Shown: one piece after another, positions 27,453-37,160 of the stretch
Numbering within the stretch: position 1 is the first letter of the stretch
How the letters are laid out: each line of letters starts with the position of its first letter
Assembly (NCBI GenBank): GCA_023269085.1
Contig: JAHFML010000002.1
Location: forward strand, 65,266 to 129,265
Source: a bacterium
GTDB taxonomy: Bacteria > Patescibacteriota > Minisyncoccia > Phycocordibacterales > Phycocordibacteraceae
Length of the DNA stretch: 64,000 nt
Reading direction: 5' to 3'
Translations under genes and position numbers: made by a program
The notes under the pieces: generated by a model
What the model saw: the letters and a program-made list of their open reading frames with translations, nothing else
What the model was told of the DNA's origin: nothing
The model's database searches: none

Positions 27453-28490
27453 ATGAACGATGATGCGCGCTATATACCGACCAAATATGATTCGGTCTTC
27501 TGGATCGATGTTGACCGCATCGTGCCGAACCCGTATCAGCCGCGCCGCGCCTTCAGCGAAGAGGGGTTGAAGTCGCTCGCCGAGAGCATCCGGCAGTATG
27601 GCATCCTCCAGCCGCTCGTCGTCTCGCGCATCGACGTCGAGAAGGCCGACGGCGGCCTCGAGAGTCAGTATGAGCTCGTCGCAGGCGAGCGCCGCCTCCG
27701 CGCCTCCAAGCTCGCAGGGCTAAAGCAGGTGCCGGTGGTTATCCGCCAGGGCGACAGCAACTTGACCAAGCTTGAGCTCGCTATCATCGAGAACCTCCAG
27801 CGCGAAGACCTAAACGCTATCGATCGCGCGAAGGCGCTCCAGAAGCTTATCGACGAATTCGGCCTCACGCACAGCGAGACGGCGGCCAAGATCGGCAAGA
27901 GCCGCGAATATGTATCCAATTCGCTCCGCCTGCTCGGCCTCCCCGAGCACATGCAGGACGCTATCGTCGCGAAGGAGATCACCGAGGGCCACGCGCGCCC
28001 GCTCATGGCGCTCAACGAGCGGCCCGAGGAGCGCGAGACCTTGTTCAGAGAGATCGTCCTCAAGCGCATGTCGGTGCGCGCCGCAGAGCGCATCGCGCGT
28101 TCGATCGCGCAGGAGCGGGTGCGCACCTATCACCGGAAGACGCCCGAGATGGTCGAGCTCGAGAAGTCGCTCACCGAGACCTTGGGCACGCGCGTCATCA
28201 TCGAGACCAACGCCGAGGGCGGCCGCCTGCTCATCGACTTCTTCTCTCCCGACGACCTGCAGGTGCTCGTCGACACACTCGCCGCCAAGCAGGCCGAAGC
28301 GGCACAGGCCGCGCTCATCGAAACGGCGCCGAAGCCTCTGATGGTCTCGTATCTGACCTTCCCGAACACGACGCCGATTGAGGACGCGCTCACGCTCACT
28401 GTCGCCATGCCCGACCCTATCATCCCCGCCGCGCCCGAAGAGCCGAACGAAGAGGACGACCTCTACTCGATTAGCGGCTTCTCGGTGTAA
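27453..28490 (+). CDS. parB: ParB/Spo0J partition protein
   Basis: PNPYQPR, GILQPLVV, AGERRLRA, ENLQREDLN, HTH SREYVSNSLRLL. Confidence 0.95.
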   Translation: MNDDARYIPTKYDSVFWIDVDRIVPNPYQPRRAFSEEGLKSLAESIRQYGILQPLVVSRIDVEKADGGLESQYELVAGERRLRASKLAGLKQVPVVIRQGDSNLTKLELAIIENLQREDLNAIDRAKALQKLIDEFGLTHSETAAKIGKSREYVSNSLRLLGLPEHMQDAIVAKEITEGHARPLMALNERPEERETLFREIVLKRMSVRAAERIARSIAQERVRTYHRKTPEMVELEKSLTETLGTRVIIETNAEGGRLLIDFFSPDDLQVLVDTLAAKQAEAAQAALIETAPKPLMVSYLTFPNTTPIEDALTLTVAMPDPIIPAAPEEPNEEDDLYSISGFSV

Positions 28491-28570
28491 GTCAAGTTTT
28501 GTTTGTCAAAAAGAAAGTGGTAGTCTAGCGACAGAGTAGTACCTTTCAACTTTCCTAAAGAGGTGCGCAC

Positions 28571-29125
28571 ATGAGCAAGAAATACGCGAGCCTCGAAGAG
28601 AGGCTAGATGCATGGAGTGTAGAAAGGGACAACGGTTTTTGTTCTCCATGCAGAATCTGGATGGGATACGCTCAAAATGGCGCTCCGATGCCGAGAGGGA
28701 AAGAGGGCGGGTATCCAAGAATCAACATGCGGTACAGGGCTTCTGGAGAGGAAAAAGCGAAGTCACGCAAGTATCCCGCATATTGGGTCAGACGAGTTCT
28801 TTATGAAATATCAAAAATTGTTCCAGATTTTGATTCCAATAACCCGCAACATATGGAATCGTTCTGGGATCTCCTGTACGCTTATCGGTCGCTCGGCTTG
28901 ACCATCGAGCATGTTTGCAAGCACACTCTCTGTATAAACCCATTGCATTTAGATTGGGTGCCAATGGCTGAAAATAATGGCAGGAAGAGATGGTCAGAGG
29001 TGCGCAGGAGGAGCAGGATAGAGTCGAATCATAATGGCGTTGGTAGACACGCCGCTCTTATTCGAAACTCCGCGGGAGTGAAGGAATTTATCGAAAAAAT
29101 AAAGAAGAGCCGGCATTTAAAATAA
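28571..29125 (+). CDS. His-Me finger (HNH/His-Cys-box-like) endonuclease
   Basis: CRIWMG..GYPRI...IEHVCKHTLCINPLHLDWV...EN; low GC. Confidence 0.7.
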   Translation: MSKKYASLEERLDAWSVERDNGFCSPCRIWMGYAQNGAPMPRGKEGGYPRINMRYRASGEEKAKSRKYPAYWVRRVLYEISKIVPDFDSNNPQHMESFWDLLYAYRSLGLTIEHVCKHTLCINPLHLDWVPMAENNGRKRWSEVRRRSRIESNHNGVGRHAALIRNSAGVKEFIEKIKKSRHLK

Positions 29126-29152
29126 AGTCTGGTCCTCTGCAAATCTTCTAAC

Positions 29153-29182
29153 CCCGCGCCGAAGGCGCGGGTGTTTTTGTTT
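29153..29182 (+). terminator. Intrinsic terminator
   Basis: CCCGCGCC-GAA-GGCGCGGG followed by TGTTTTTGTTT. Confidence 0.75.
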
Positions 29183-30761
29183 ACTCTCGTGCGTGCTTGC
29201 GCGCGCGGTGCGGGCGCGTGGCTTGCGGCTCGGTGAGGCCGAGCGCGCTTCGGATATGCCGCCGTGCGAGGGAGGTCTTCACAATCTCGAGCCATTTCGC
29301 CGAGGGGTGCGCCGAATCGCGACGGATGATCTCGACAATATCGCCGTTGTTGAGCGGCGTGTCGAATGAGACGAGCTTGCCGTTCACCTTCGCGCCTTGC
29401 AGATGGTCGCCTAGGTCGCTGTGGATAGCGTAGGCGAAGTCGATCGGCGTCGAGGTGGCGGGGAGGTCGATGACGTCGCCTTGCGGCGTGAAGACGAACA
29501 CGCGATACGAGAAGAAGTCTCCCTTGAGCCCGTCGACGAACTCTCCGGACTCGGCATCGGCATGCGCCGAAGCGAGCTCCGCGAGCCAGGGCGGGATCTT
29601 CGCGTCTGTCTTTTTCGCTGCGGCATCATTCGAGATGCGCGTCAGCGAGGGGACGAGCGAACGCCAAGAAAACGAGAGCGAGGAGAAACGGCTCTTCTGC
29701 GCGCCCTCCGAGAGCTTCTCTATTTCTTTACCCAATTCCTTATACGAAATATGCGACGCGATGCCGAACATCGCGTGCCGATGCATCTCATCAGTGCGGA
29801 TCTGAATCTCAACAATGCCGGCCTCGGGCGTGACGACGGTCGTGTGGAGTGACTGATAGCCGTTCGGCTTCGGGAAAGCGATATAGTCTTTGAAGCGGCC
29901 CGGCAGAGGCTTATAGAGCGCGTGCACAAGACCGAGCGTGGTGTAGCAGTCCTCGATAGTCGGCACGACGATGCGGAGTGCGGCGATGTCGTGGATGCTG
30001 TTGATGTCATCACTCTTGCGGACTAGCTTCTGATGCAGGCTCCAGAGCCCTTTCATGCGAATGTCGGTGTGGAATCCTTTCACGCCCTTCTGTGCGAGCT
30101 CTGACGCGAGCTTCTTCCGCACCTTGGCGAGCCCCTCCTCGGTCTCGAGGTTCTTCAACTTGAGCATCTCGGCGACATGCTGGGCCGCGTCGGGGTCGAC
30201 GAAAGGGAAGGCGAGATCCTCAAGCGCGCTCCGCATCTTGCCCATGCCGAGGCGATCGGCGATCGGCGCGTAGATTTCCAAAGTCTCGAGCGCAATGCGA
30301 CGCTGCTTGTGCGGCGGCACATGCGCGAGGGTCTGCATATTGTGGTAGCGATCGGCGAGCTTCACGATGAGGACACGGATGTCGCTCGAAGTCGCGACGA
30401 GGAGCCGGCGCAGGCTCTCGGCGTGGCGCTCGGCGCCGCGATATTTGTGCGTGCCGAGCTTCGTCACGCCATCGACGATGAAGAGAAGCTCATCGCCGAA
30501 TTCTTTTTCTATCTCTTCGCGTGAGACCATCGCATCTTCGACGACATCGTGCAAGAGACCGGCGGCGATAGTGATCGCGTCCATGCCGTACTCAGCGAGG
30601 ATCTTCGCGGTCGCAGCCGGATGGATGAAGTAGGGCTCGCCCGAGTAGCGCACTTGGCCGGCGTGCGCCTTCTCCGAGAGCGCGTAGGCCTTCTCGACGA
30701 GCGCGATATCATCGCTCGTCGGATTCGTCATCGTCGCGACAATCTCCTTGGCGGTATGCAT
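29181..30761 (-). CDS. relA: RelA/SpoT family (HD-SYNTH-TGS; no ACT/ZFD)
   Basis: HAGQ.RYSGEPY..HP, LLHDVVED, KLADR.HNM, KPNGYQSLHT, EIQIRT, TPIDFAYAIH. Confidence 0.9.
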   Translation of the reverse strand: MHTAKEIVATMTNPTSDDIALVEKAYALSEKAHAGQVRYSGEPYFIHPAATAKILAEYGMDAITIAAGLLHDVVEDAMVSREEIEKEFGDELLFIVDGVTKLGTHKYRGAERHAESLRRLLVATSSDIRVLIVKLADRYHNMQTLAHVPPHKQRRIALETLEIYAPIADRLGMGKMRSALEDLAFPFVDPDAAQHVAEMLKLKNLETEEGLAKVRKKLASELAQKGVKGFHTDIRMKGLWSLHQKLVRKSDDINSIHDIAALRIVVPTIEDCYTTLGLVHALYKPLPGRFKDYIAFPKPNGYQSLHTTVVTPEAGIVEIQIRTDEMHRHAMFGIASHISYKELGKEIEKLSEGAQKSRFSSLSFSWRSLVPSLTRISNDAAAKKTDAKIPPWLAELASAHADAESGEFVDGLKGDFFSYRVFVFTPQGDVIDLPATSTPIDFAYAIHSDLGDHLQGAKVNGKLVSFDTPLNNGDIVEIIRRDSAHPSAKWLEIVKTSLARRHIRSALGLTEPQATRPHRARKHARE

Positions 30762-30779
30762 AAGGACACTATACACCGA

Positions 30780-33206
30780 TTATTTCAAATATTCAGCCGC
30801 TTCAGCGGGAGTGAACGAAGTGGGCGAGACAGACTCGGGGAGATAGATGCGACGGAGACCTTTCTTCAAAAAGAGACCCTGCTTTGATTTGTAGAGCACG
30901 ATAGTCTTGCCGGTCTTGGGGTGCTTACCGATCTCTTGTACGATCTCGACGCCGCGCGGCGGCTGCTTCGGCGCGGCAAGGAGCGCGAGCGCCGTGTCGA
31001 GCGTGACCGTGTAGGGGTCGCCGATCGCGGGCTTGAGCGAGCGGAATTCGCCATCGCTCCCGACGTAGGGGCCGAAGCGGCCGGTCGAAGCGAAAACGGT
31101 TTTGCCGGTGCTTGGGTGCATCCCGAGCTCGCGCGGGAGCGAGAGATAGTGGAGCGCGTCGGCGAGGGTCACCTGCGAGAGGTCGGTGCCGGCGGGGATG
31201 CTCGCGCGCTTGGCGGCAACCTTCGGGCGACCCTTTGCGCGCTTCTTCGGTTTCTTCGATTCAAGGTTCGACCTTGAATCCGAATCCTTAAGGTCGGACC
31301 TTGGTTCGGGTTCGGGCAACGCCATCTCGACATATGGCCCGAAGCGACCCGTCTTGATATAAATAGGCGCGCCAGTCGTCGGGTCATTGCCAATGGGCTC
31401 GTCACCTTTGAGCTCGACGCCCTCTTCGGTGCGCGCACCGAGACAGTCGGGATACTTCTTACAGCTCATGAAGATGCCGCCGCGACCGAGCTTCAGCTCC
31501 ATCGGGCTCCCGCAGAGAGGGCAAGTGAATTCGGGCGACACTTCGCCGAGCGAGGTCGCCTTCGGGAGCTTATCTTTTTCCTTCACCTGTCTCTCAAAGG
31601 GGCCGTAAAATTCGGAGAGCGTCTCCTTGTAGCCGCGCTCGCCGCGCGCGATCTCGTCGAGCTCGTCCTCCATCGTTGCGGTGAAGGAGTCGCTGATGTA
31701 GGTCGCGAAGTTTTCTTCGAGCCAGCCCGAGACGACCATACCGGTCGCCGTCGGCTTCAAGGTGCGGCCGGTCTTCTCGACGTATTCGCGGTCCGAGAGC
31801 GTCTTCATCGTTGAGGCATAGGTCGAGGGGCGGCCGATGCCGCGCTTCTCGAGCTCCTTGATGAGGCCGGCCTCGGTGTAGCGGTTCGGCGGTTCGGTCT
31901 GCTTCTCCTCCTCGCCGAGCGAGAGGAGCGTGAGCGGGTCGCCCTTCGCCACGCGGGGTAATTCGACATCCTCACCCTTCGCTTTCGTGTCGAGTGCGAG
32001 CCAGCCCGGGAAGAGTGTCCGCGAGCCGGTCGCCGCGAAGAGCGGAATGTCGGCATCGGCCTTCGCCGAAATATTCGTTCGCATGATTTTCGCGCTTGCC
32101 ATCTGCGAGGCGAGCGTGCGAACACGGATGAGCTCGTAGAGCGCGTGTTCGTCGGGCGTCGCGCCGGCATGTCCGCATGCGGCATCGGTGGGGCGGATTG
32201 CTTCGTGCGCCTCCTGCGCGTTCTTGCTCGTCGTCTTGTAGGCGCGCGTCTGGGCATACTCTTTACCGAATTCTTGCTCGATGACCGTTATCATTTTCGC
32301 GACGGCTTCGGCACCGAGATTGACCGAGTCGGTGCGCATGTAGGTGATGTGGCCGGCTTCATAGAGCTTCTGTGCGGCCCGCATCGCGCGCGAGGGCGCG
32401 AAGCCGAGACGCGTCGACGCGACCTGTTGGAGCGTCGAGGTGGTGAAGGGCGGACGCGGGGATCGCTCCTCCGCCTTTTCTATAATGTCAGCGACCTGCC
32501 AAGCGGCGGCGCGACCGAGCCTCACGATGCGCCCTGCTTCTTCGCGCGTCGCGGGCTCCTCGACGCAGGTAGTCATCAAGGTCGAACCTTGAACTTCAAG
32601 GTTCGACCTTGATGACGAGAAGGAGGCACGGAGGACGAAATAGGTGACGGGCACGAACGCTTTGATCTCGCGCTCGCGTTCGGCGAGGATCCGGAGCGCG
32701 GGCGATTGCACGCGGCCGGCCGAGAGCCCGTAACGAACTTTCTTCCAGATGAGTCCCGAGAGATCATAGCCGACGATGCGGTCGAGCACGCGCCGCGCCT
32801 CTTGCGCCTGCCGCAAATCTTCGTCGATAGTGCGCGGGTGGGCAAGCGCCTCTTCGATAGCGGCCTTGGTAATCTCGTGGAAGGCGACGCGCTTGGGCTT
32901 CTTCAGCTTCGCCACCTCCTTGATATGCCAGGCGATAGCTTCGCCCTCGCGGTCGGGGTCGGTCGCGAGATACACCTCGTCGGCCTTGGCGGCTGCGGCC
33001 CGTATCTTCTCGATGATCTCCTGCTTCTCGGGCGGGATGATGTAGTGCGGCACGAAGCCGCCCTCGATATCGACCGCATCGATATTGCTCTTGGGCAAAT
33101 CGCGCACATGCCCGACCGAGGCCAAGACCGTGTAGCCTTTCCCGAGGTAGGTGCCGATAGTGCGCGCCTTGGTGGGCGACTCAACGATGAGAAGACGGTT
33201 CGTCAT
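30780..33206 (-). CDS. topA: DNA topoisomerase I
   Basis: IVESPTKA, ATDPDREGE, SAGRVQS, ITYMRTDS, GIGRPSTY; two palindrome insertions. Confidence 0.96.
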   Translation of the reverse strand: MTNRLLIVESPTKARTIGTYLGKGYTVLASVGHVRDLPKSNIDAVDIEGGFVPHYIIPPEKQEIIEKIRAAAAKADEVYLATDPDREGEAIAWHIKEVAKLKKPKRVAFHEITKAAIEEALAHPRTIDEDLRQAQEARRVLDRIVGYDLSGLIWKKVRYGLSAGRVQSPALRILAEREREIKAFVPVTYFVLRASFSSSRSNLEVQGSTLMTTCVEEPATREEAGRIVRLGRAAAWQVADIIEKAEERSPRPPFTTSTLQQVASTRLGFAPSRAMRAAQKLYEAGHITYMRTDSVNLGAEAVAKMITVIEQEFGKEYAQTRAYKTTSKNAQEAHEAIRPTDAACGHAGATPDEHALYELIRVRTLASQMASAKIMRTNISAKADADIPLFAATGSRTLFPGWLALDTKAKGEDVELPRVAKGDPLTLLSLGEEEKQTEPPNRYTEAGLIKELEKRGIGRPSTYASTMKTLSDREYVEKTGRTLKPTATGMVVSGWLEENFATYISDSFTATMEDELDEIARGERGYKETLSEFYGPFERQVKEKDKLPKATSLGEVSPEFTCPLCGSPMELKLGRGGIFMSCKKYPDCLGARTEEGVELKGDEPIGNDPTTGAPIYIKTGRFGPYVEMALPEPEPRSDLKDSDSRSNLESKKPKKRAKGRPKVAAKRASIPAGTDLSQVTLADALHYLSLPRELGMHPSTGKTVFASTGRFGPYVGSDGEFRSLKPAIGDPYTVTLDTALALLAAPKQPPRGVEIVQEIGKHPKTGKTIVLYKSKQGLFLKKGLRRIYLPESVSPTSFTPAEAAEYLK
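31258..31304. repeat. Family-A doublet, in frame in the topA C-terminal region
   Basis: AAGGT-TCG-ACCTT, 14-nt spacer GAATCCGAATCCTT, AAGGT-CGG-ACCTT; read as PRSDLKDSDSRSNLES. Confidence 0.85.
32572..32616. repeat. Family-A inverted doublet (REPIN-like), in frame in topA
   Basis: Perfect 22-bp arms GTCATCAAGGTCGAACCTTGAA-C-TTCAAGGTTCGACCTTGATGAC; 45 nt, read as SSRSNLEVQGSTLMT. Confidence 0.92.
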
Positions 33207-33267
33207 TTATTCACTCATAACGCGCTTACCTATATATGGTCAAGTGCGGCTGTGCAAAAATAGCGAA

Positions 33268-34125
33268 TCACGCCCGGTGCCACGCACCGAATTCTTCACG
33301 GATGAGGCCGCGGATCTCGAGCGAGACGAGGGCGGTGAGAATGTCGCCCGCGCCGGCGGAGCCGGCGCGGAGTATCTCGTCCCGCGTCTTCGGCTCGTCA
33401 AGCGCTTGCCAGATAGAGAGCTCGGTCTCTTCGAGATCAGCTGGCGATACGCTGTGCGAAGAAGTCTCGCGAGGGGCGATCTTGAGCGCTTCGAGAATGT
33501 GAAGCGGCTCGGTCACGAGTGTCGCGCCGAGGCGGATGAAAAGATGCGGGCCGAAGGCGTGGCTGTCACCGATGCGATGCGGGATGCAGAGGAGCTCGCG
33601 ATTGTAGTCGGCCGCGAGGCGTGCGGTGATAAGCGTGCCCGACTTCTCTCCCGCCTCGATGACCAGCACCGCGTCCGCGAGGCCGACCATGAGGCGATTC
33701 CGCTCGGGGAAGAAGTGAATACGCGAGGCGGTATCGGGCGGATACTCAGAGAGAAGGCCACCACCTTTTTCTAAAATTTCTTTAGCAAAGGCGCGATTAC
33801 TCCTCGGATACAAGACGCTCTCACCGAGACCCGAACCCGGGACCGCGAGGGTGTGGAGGCCGACCGCGAGCGCGGCTTTGTGCGCACAGGTATCGACACC
33901 GAGCGCGAGGCCCGAGACGATAGAGACAGGATAGCCAGCGAGCCCACTCACGAGCCTCTGACACGCCTCTTCGCCGTAGCGCGTCATCGCGCGGCTCCCG
34001 ACAACGGTGAGAAAGCGCGTACCCGCGGGCGGGAGCGTGCCCTCGAGCCAGAGCTTTTTCGGCTGCTGCGGTATCTCGCGCAACTGGGAGGGCCACTCTT
34101 CGCTCGCGAGCTCGCGGATAGTCAT
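33268..34125 (-). CDS. dprA: DNA-processing protein DprA
   Basis: VVGSR, IVSGLALGVD..AH, SEYP, FPERNR, EAGEKSGTLITA. Confidence 0.95.
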   Translation of the reverse strand: MTIRELASEEWPSQLREIPQQPKKLWLEGTLPPAGTRFLTVVGSRAMTRYGEEACQRLVSGLAGYPVSIVSGLALGVDTCAHKAALAVGLHTLAVPGSGLGESVLYPRSNRAFAKEILEKGGGLLSEYPPDTASRIHFFPERNRLMVGLADAVLVIEAGEKSGTLITARLAADYNRELLCIPHRIGDSHAFGPHLFIRLGATLVTEPLHILEALKIAPRETSSHSVSPADLEETELSIWQALDEPKTRDEILRAGSAGAGDILTALVSLEIRGLIREEFGAWHRA

Positions 34126-34213
34126 CTTGCCAGTATACCCGACGATTTCCCGAAGTCGCGGTTATGGTGTATAGTCGCGGGTGGAAGTTTCCCAGTCACT
34201 CGAGGAGATAAAG

Positions 34214-34588
34214 ATGCCCCCCACCGTGTATCTGTTTCTGATTGACAAGAATTACAACGAGCTGCTCGGCATCGAACAGCACCTCATCTTCGGCATGTCG
34301 GTTTCGGCATTCATGGCAGTAGATGTTGATGCCGCCCGTGGGTCGATCTGTCGATATCATGGCGAGAAGCCGAGCGTCATCGCGCTTGGTCCGTCGCTTC
34401 GGTTTGACGCCGAGGGTCACTATGTCAGCGAAAATCAAGTCAACGACTTTCGCGCCGAACTCGACCAGATGGGTATCTCGCACAATCATCTGGTTTTGCT
34501 GGATCCTGGGGTCTCGGTCGAGCGGCTTCGCGCCGCTATCGAGCCGGTCATCAACAAGATGTCGGTTGAGGTCGCATCTTGTCTATGA
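34214..34588 (+). CDS. Hypothetical protein
   Basis: GAGGAG SD; own terminator at 34591-34619. Confidence 0.6.
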   Translation: MPPTVYLFLIDKNYNELLGIEQHLIFGMSVSAFMAVDVDAARGSICRYHGEKPSVIALGPSLRFDAEGHYVSENQVNDFRAELDQMGISHNHLVLLDPGVSVERLRAAIEPVINKMSVEVASCL

Positions 34589-34590
34589 CC

Positions 34591-34619
34591 CAACGCCGCC
34601 CAAAGGCGGCGTTGCTTTT
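34591..34619 (+). terminator. Intrinsic terminator
   Basis: CAACGCCGCC-CAAA-GGCGGCGTTG-CTTTT. Confidence 0.75.
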
Positions 34620-34691
34620 GTCCGGGTCTATGGTATCTTTCAATGCGGGAATGTTCCCACTTTTTGTTTGGAGAAAAAAGTGCATCATAAA

Positions 34692-35012
34692 ATGCTCGAA
34701 AAAAAGGTGGTGGTTATGGACGATGCTCGTCCGGGACTCGAACACGAGTTGCTTCGTTGCATGAGTGGGTTCTCGATTGTGCAACTCGGTACTCCTCGGG
34801 CCGGTTGCCGCGCTATCCAGAACGCCAATGGTTCGATCGGGAACATGATCGTCGCCGTCGGTGACATGAGTGGTGTGGGAGAGGCTGATAAAGCGGCGCT
34901 CTTGCAAAACTTGTGGCTCAAGTTGGGCGTCGAGCCGACGAAGGTCATCGACTTCAACTCAAAAATTTCGCCGATGCATCTTGCTGCGCTCATTGAGCTT
35001 TGCGCCGCGTGA
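34692..35012 (+). CDS. Hypothetical protein
   Basis: Start moved to MLEKKVVVMDD; followed by a terminator at 35025-35054. Confidence 0.55.
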   Translation: MLEKKVVVMDDARPGLEHELLRCMSGFSIVQLGTPRAGCRAIQNANGSIGNMIVAVGDMSGVGEADKAALLQNLWLKLGVEPTKVIDFNSKISPMHLAALIELCAA

Positions 35013-35074
35013 TCCACCATAACCCGCCGCCCTTCCGAGGGCGGCGAATCTTTTATGCTATAATCTCTCGCATC

Positions 35075-36340
35075 ATGCTGGACATAAAATTCATTCGCGA
35101 AAACGCCGATATTATCAAAGCCGGTGCCGCCAAGAAGCGCATCCTGGTCGACCTCGACGCGCTCATTCGGGTCGATGACGAACGCAAGCGCCTCCGCGCC
35201 GAGCTCGACAGCAAGCGCGCCGAACAGAACCGCCGCAGCAACGAGATTCAGCGCGCGGTGGGCGACGAGCGCACTCAGCTCATCGAGGCGATGCAACAGC
35301 TGAAGAGCGGCATGACCGAGCAGGAGGAGACGTTGAAGACGGTGATGGTCGAATGGCAGAAGCTCATGCTCACCGTGCCGAACATCCCCGACATGTCGGT
35401 GCCCGAGGGGGAGAGTGATGCCGATAATCTCGAAGTCAAGAAGTGGGGCACGCCGACCACCTTCGACTTCACACCGAAGGGGCACGTCGAGCTCATGACC
35501 GCGCTTGGCATGGCAGACTTCGAGCGTGGCGCTAAGGTCGCAGGCTTCCGCGGCTATTTCCTCAAGGGCGATGGCGTCTTGCTCGCGAACGCTATCTGGC
35601 AATTGGCTATCAAACATTTCGGCGCGAAGGGCATGGAGCTTATGAGTGTCCCGTCCTTGGTGCGGCGCGAAGCATTCCTCGGTACGGGCTACTTGCCGCA
35701 AGGCGAAGATGATCTCTACAAGACGCAGGACGGCGACTTCCTCGCCGGCACTGCCGAAGTCGCGACGATGGCCTATCACATGGACGAGGTGCTCAATCTC
35801 GAGAAGCTACCGATACGGTATCTCTCCTTCTCGCCCTGCTTCCGCCGCGAGGCGGGCGCGCATGGCAAAGATGTCCGCGGCCTCATCCGCGTGCACGAAT
35901 TTTTCAAATGGGAGCAGGTTGTCCTCTGTAAGGCGGAGCATGGCGAGTCGGTGCGCCTGCATGAGTGGTTGAATCGCAATACCGAGGAGTTCATCGAGCT
36001 CTTGAACATCCCGTATCACACCGTCGCTAACTGTGGCGGCGATCTAGGGTTAGGCCAGGTCAAGAAGTATGACGTCGAGCTCTGGGTCCCAGGTGAAGAG
36101 ACGTATCGTGAGATCAGCTCCGCTTCTTACTTCCACGACTTCCAGACGCGTCGTCTCAACATCCGCTATCGTGATGACGAGGGGATTCTCCGCTTCCCGC
36201 ACTCGCTCAACTCGACGGCGATCCCGACGCCGCGCATCCTTGTCTCTATCATAGAGAATTATCAGCAGGCCGACGGCACGATCAAGGTCCCGGACGCGCT
36301 CGTTCCGTATGTCGGGAAGAACATTCTCGGCGCGAAGTAG
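35075..36340 (+). CDS. serS: Serine--tRNA ligase
   Basis: MLDIKFIREN, coiled coil, GTAE, CFRREAG, RVHEF.K.E, REISSAS, HSLNST. Confidence 0.96.
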   Translation: MLDIKFIRENADIIKAGAAKKRILVDLDALIRVDDERKRLRAELDSKRAEQNRRSNEIQRAVGDERTQLIEAMQQLKSGMTEQEETLKTVMVEWQKLMLTVPNIPDMSVPEGESDADNLEVKKWGTPTTFDFTPKGHVELMTALGMADFERGAKVAGFRGYFLKGDGVLLANAIWQLAIKHFGAKGMELMSVPSLVRREAFLGTGYLPQGEDDLYKTQDGDFLAGTAEVATMAYHMDEVLNLEKLPIRYLSFSPCFRREAGAHGKDVRGLIRVHEFFKWEQVVLCKAEHGESVRLHEWLNRNTEEFIELLNIPYHTVANCGGDLGLGQVKKYDVELWVPGEETYREISSASYFHDFQTRRLNIRYRDDEGILRFPHSLNSTAIPTPRILVSIIENYQQADGTIKVPDALVPYVGKNILGAK

Positions 36341-37148
36341 CGATCGCCTCGCCGAACGGCGACGTCACGGGCGCCAACGTGCGCTCGTCGCGCTTGGTAT
36401 CCTACTCGGCATCTTGGCAGTGGCGGTGGTGTACGGTCTCTGGCAGAAGCCGGTGCGCATCTCGCACGTGACGATCTATGGCGCCGACCCCGTGCCTGCC
36501 GGCAGGCAGGAATCGCTCGCATCAGTCGCAAGCGCGGCGATGCAGGGCGCGTATCTCGGCATCATTCCGCGCGACTCGACCTTCTTCTATCCCGCGAGTG
36601 CCATCCGTGCCGACATACTCGCCACGGACTCTGATATCGCGGCAGTGTCACTCTTCCGCGAGGGGTTCACGGGCCTCTCAGTCAAGGTGAGCGGCCGGGT
36701 GCCGATTGCGCGATGGTGCGGCAGGATATTTGCGACTTCAACTCCCGTAGAAGAGTCGAATTGTTATTTCTTCGATGCGAACAGCCTCTTGTACGCGACT
36801 TCGAGTGACGCAGTGCCGGTGAATTCTTTTGCCGTGTACACACCCATCGCGACCGCGACGCAGCCGCTCGGTGCGACACTTCCGCACAACGACGCACTCC
36901 CCGCGGCCTTTGACTTCGCCCGGCAACTCACGGCACTTGGCTCGCCCGTCAAGCAAATCATCTTTCGTGATACCGAGGTTGACGACTATCTTGCGAGCGG
37001 CACGCGCGTCACCTATCTCCTTGGAGATGAACGAGATACGTATACGGCGCTCGTCTCGGCACGCGCGAGCCTCAATCTCGTCGATGGCTCGCTCGACTAT
37101 GTCGACCTGCGCTTCAGCGGCAAGGTGTATTTGAAAAAGAAAGAGTGA
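36309..37148 (+). CDS. FtsQ/DivIB-like protein
   Basis: Basic N-terminus, TM, POTRA-like region, C-terminal YVDLRF..KVY. Confidence 0.65.
   Translation: MSGRTFSARSSDRLAERRRHGRQRALVALGILLGILAVAVVYGLWQKPVRISHVTIYGADPVPAGRQESLASVASAAMQGAYLGIIPRDSTFFYPASAIRADILATDSDIAAVSLFREGFTGLSVKVSGRVPIARWCGRIFATSTPVEESNCYFFDANSLLYATSSDAVPVNSFAVYTPIATATQPLGATLPHNDALPAAFDFARQLTALGSPVKQIIFRDTEVDDYLASGTRVTYLLGDERDTYTALVSARASLNLVDGSLDYVDLRFSGKVYLKKKE
36491..36510. repeat. Short palindrome TGCCTGCCGGCAGGCA, in frame in the ftsQ-like gene
   Basis: Perfect 16-nt palindrome read as VPAGRQ; single copy in the window. Confidence 0.5.
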
Positions 37149-37160
37149 TAGGGTGAACGC

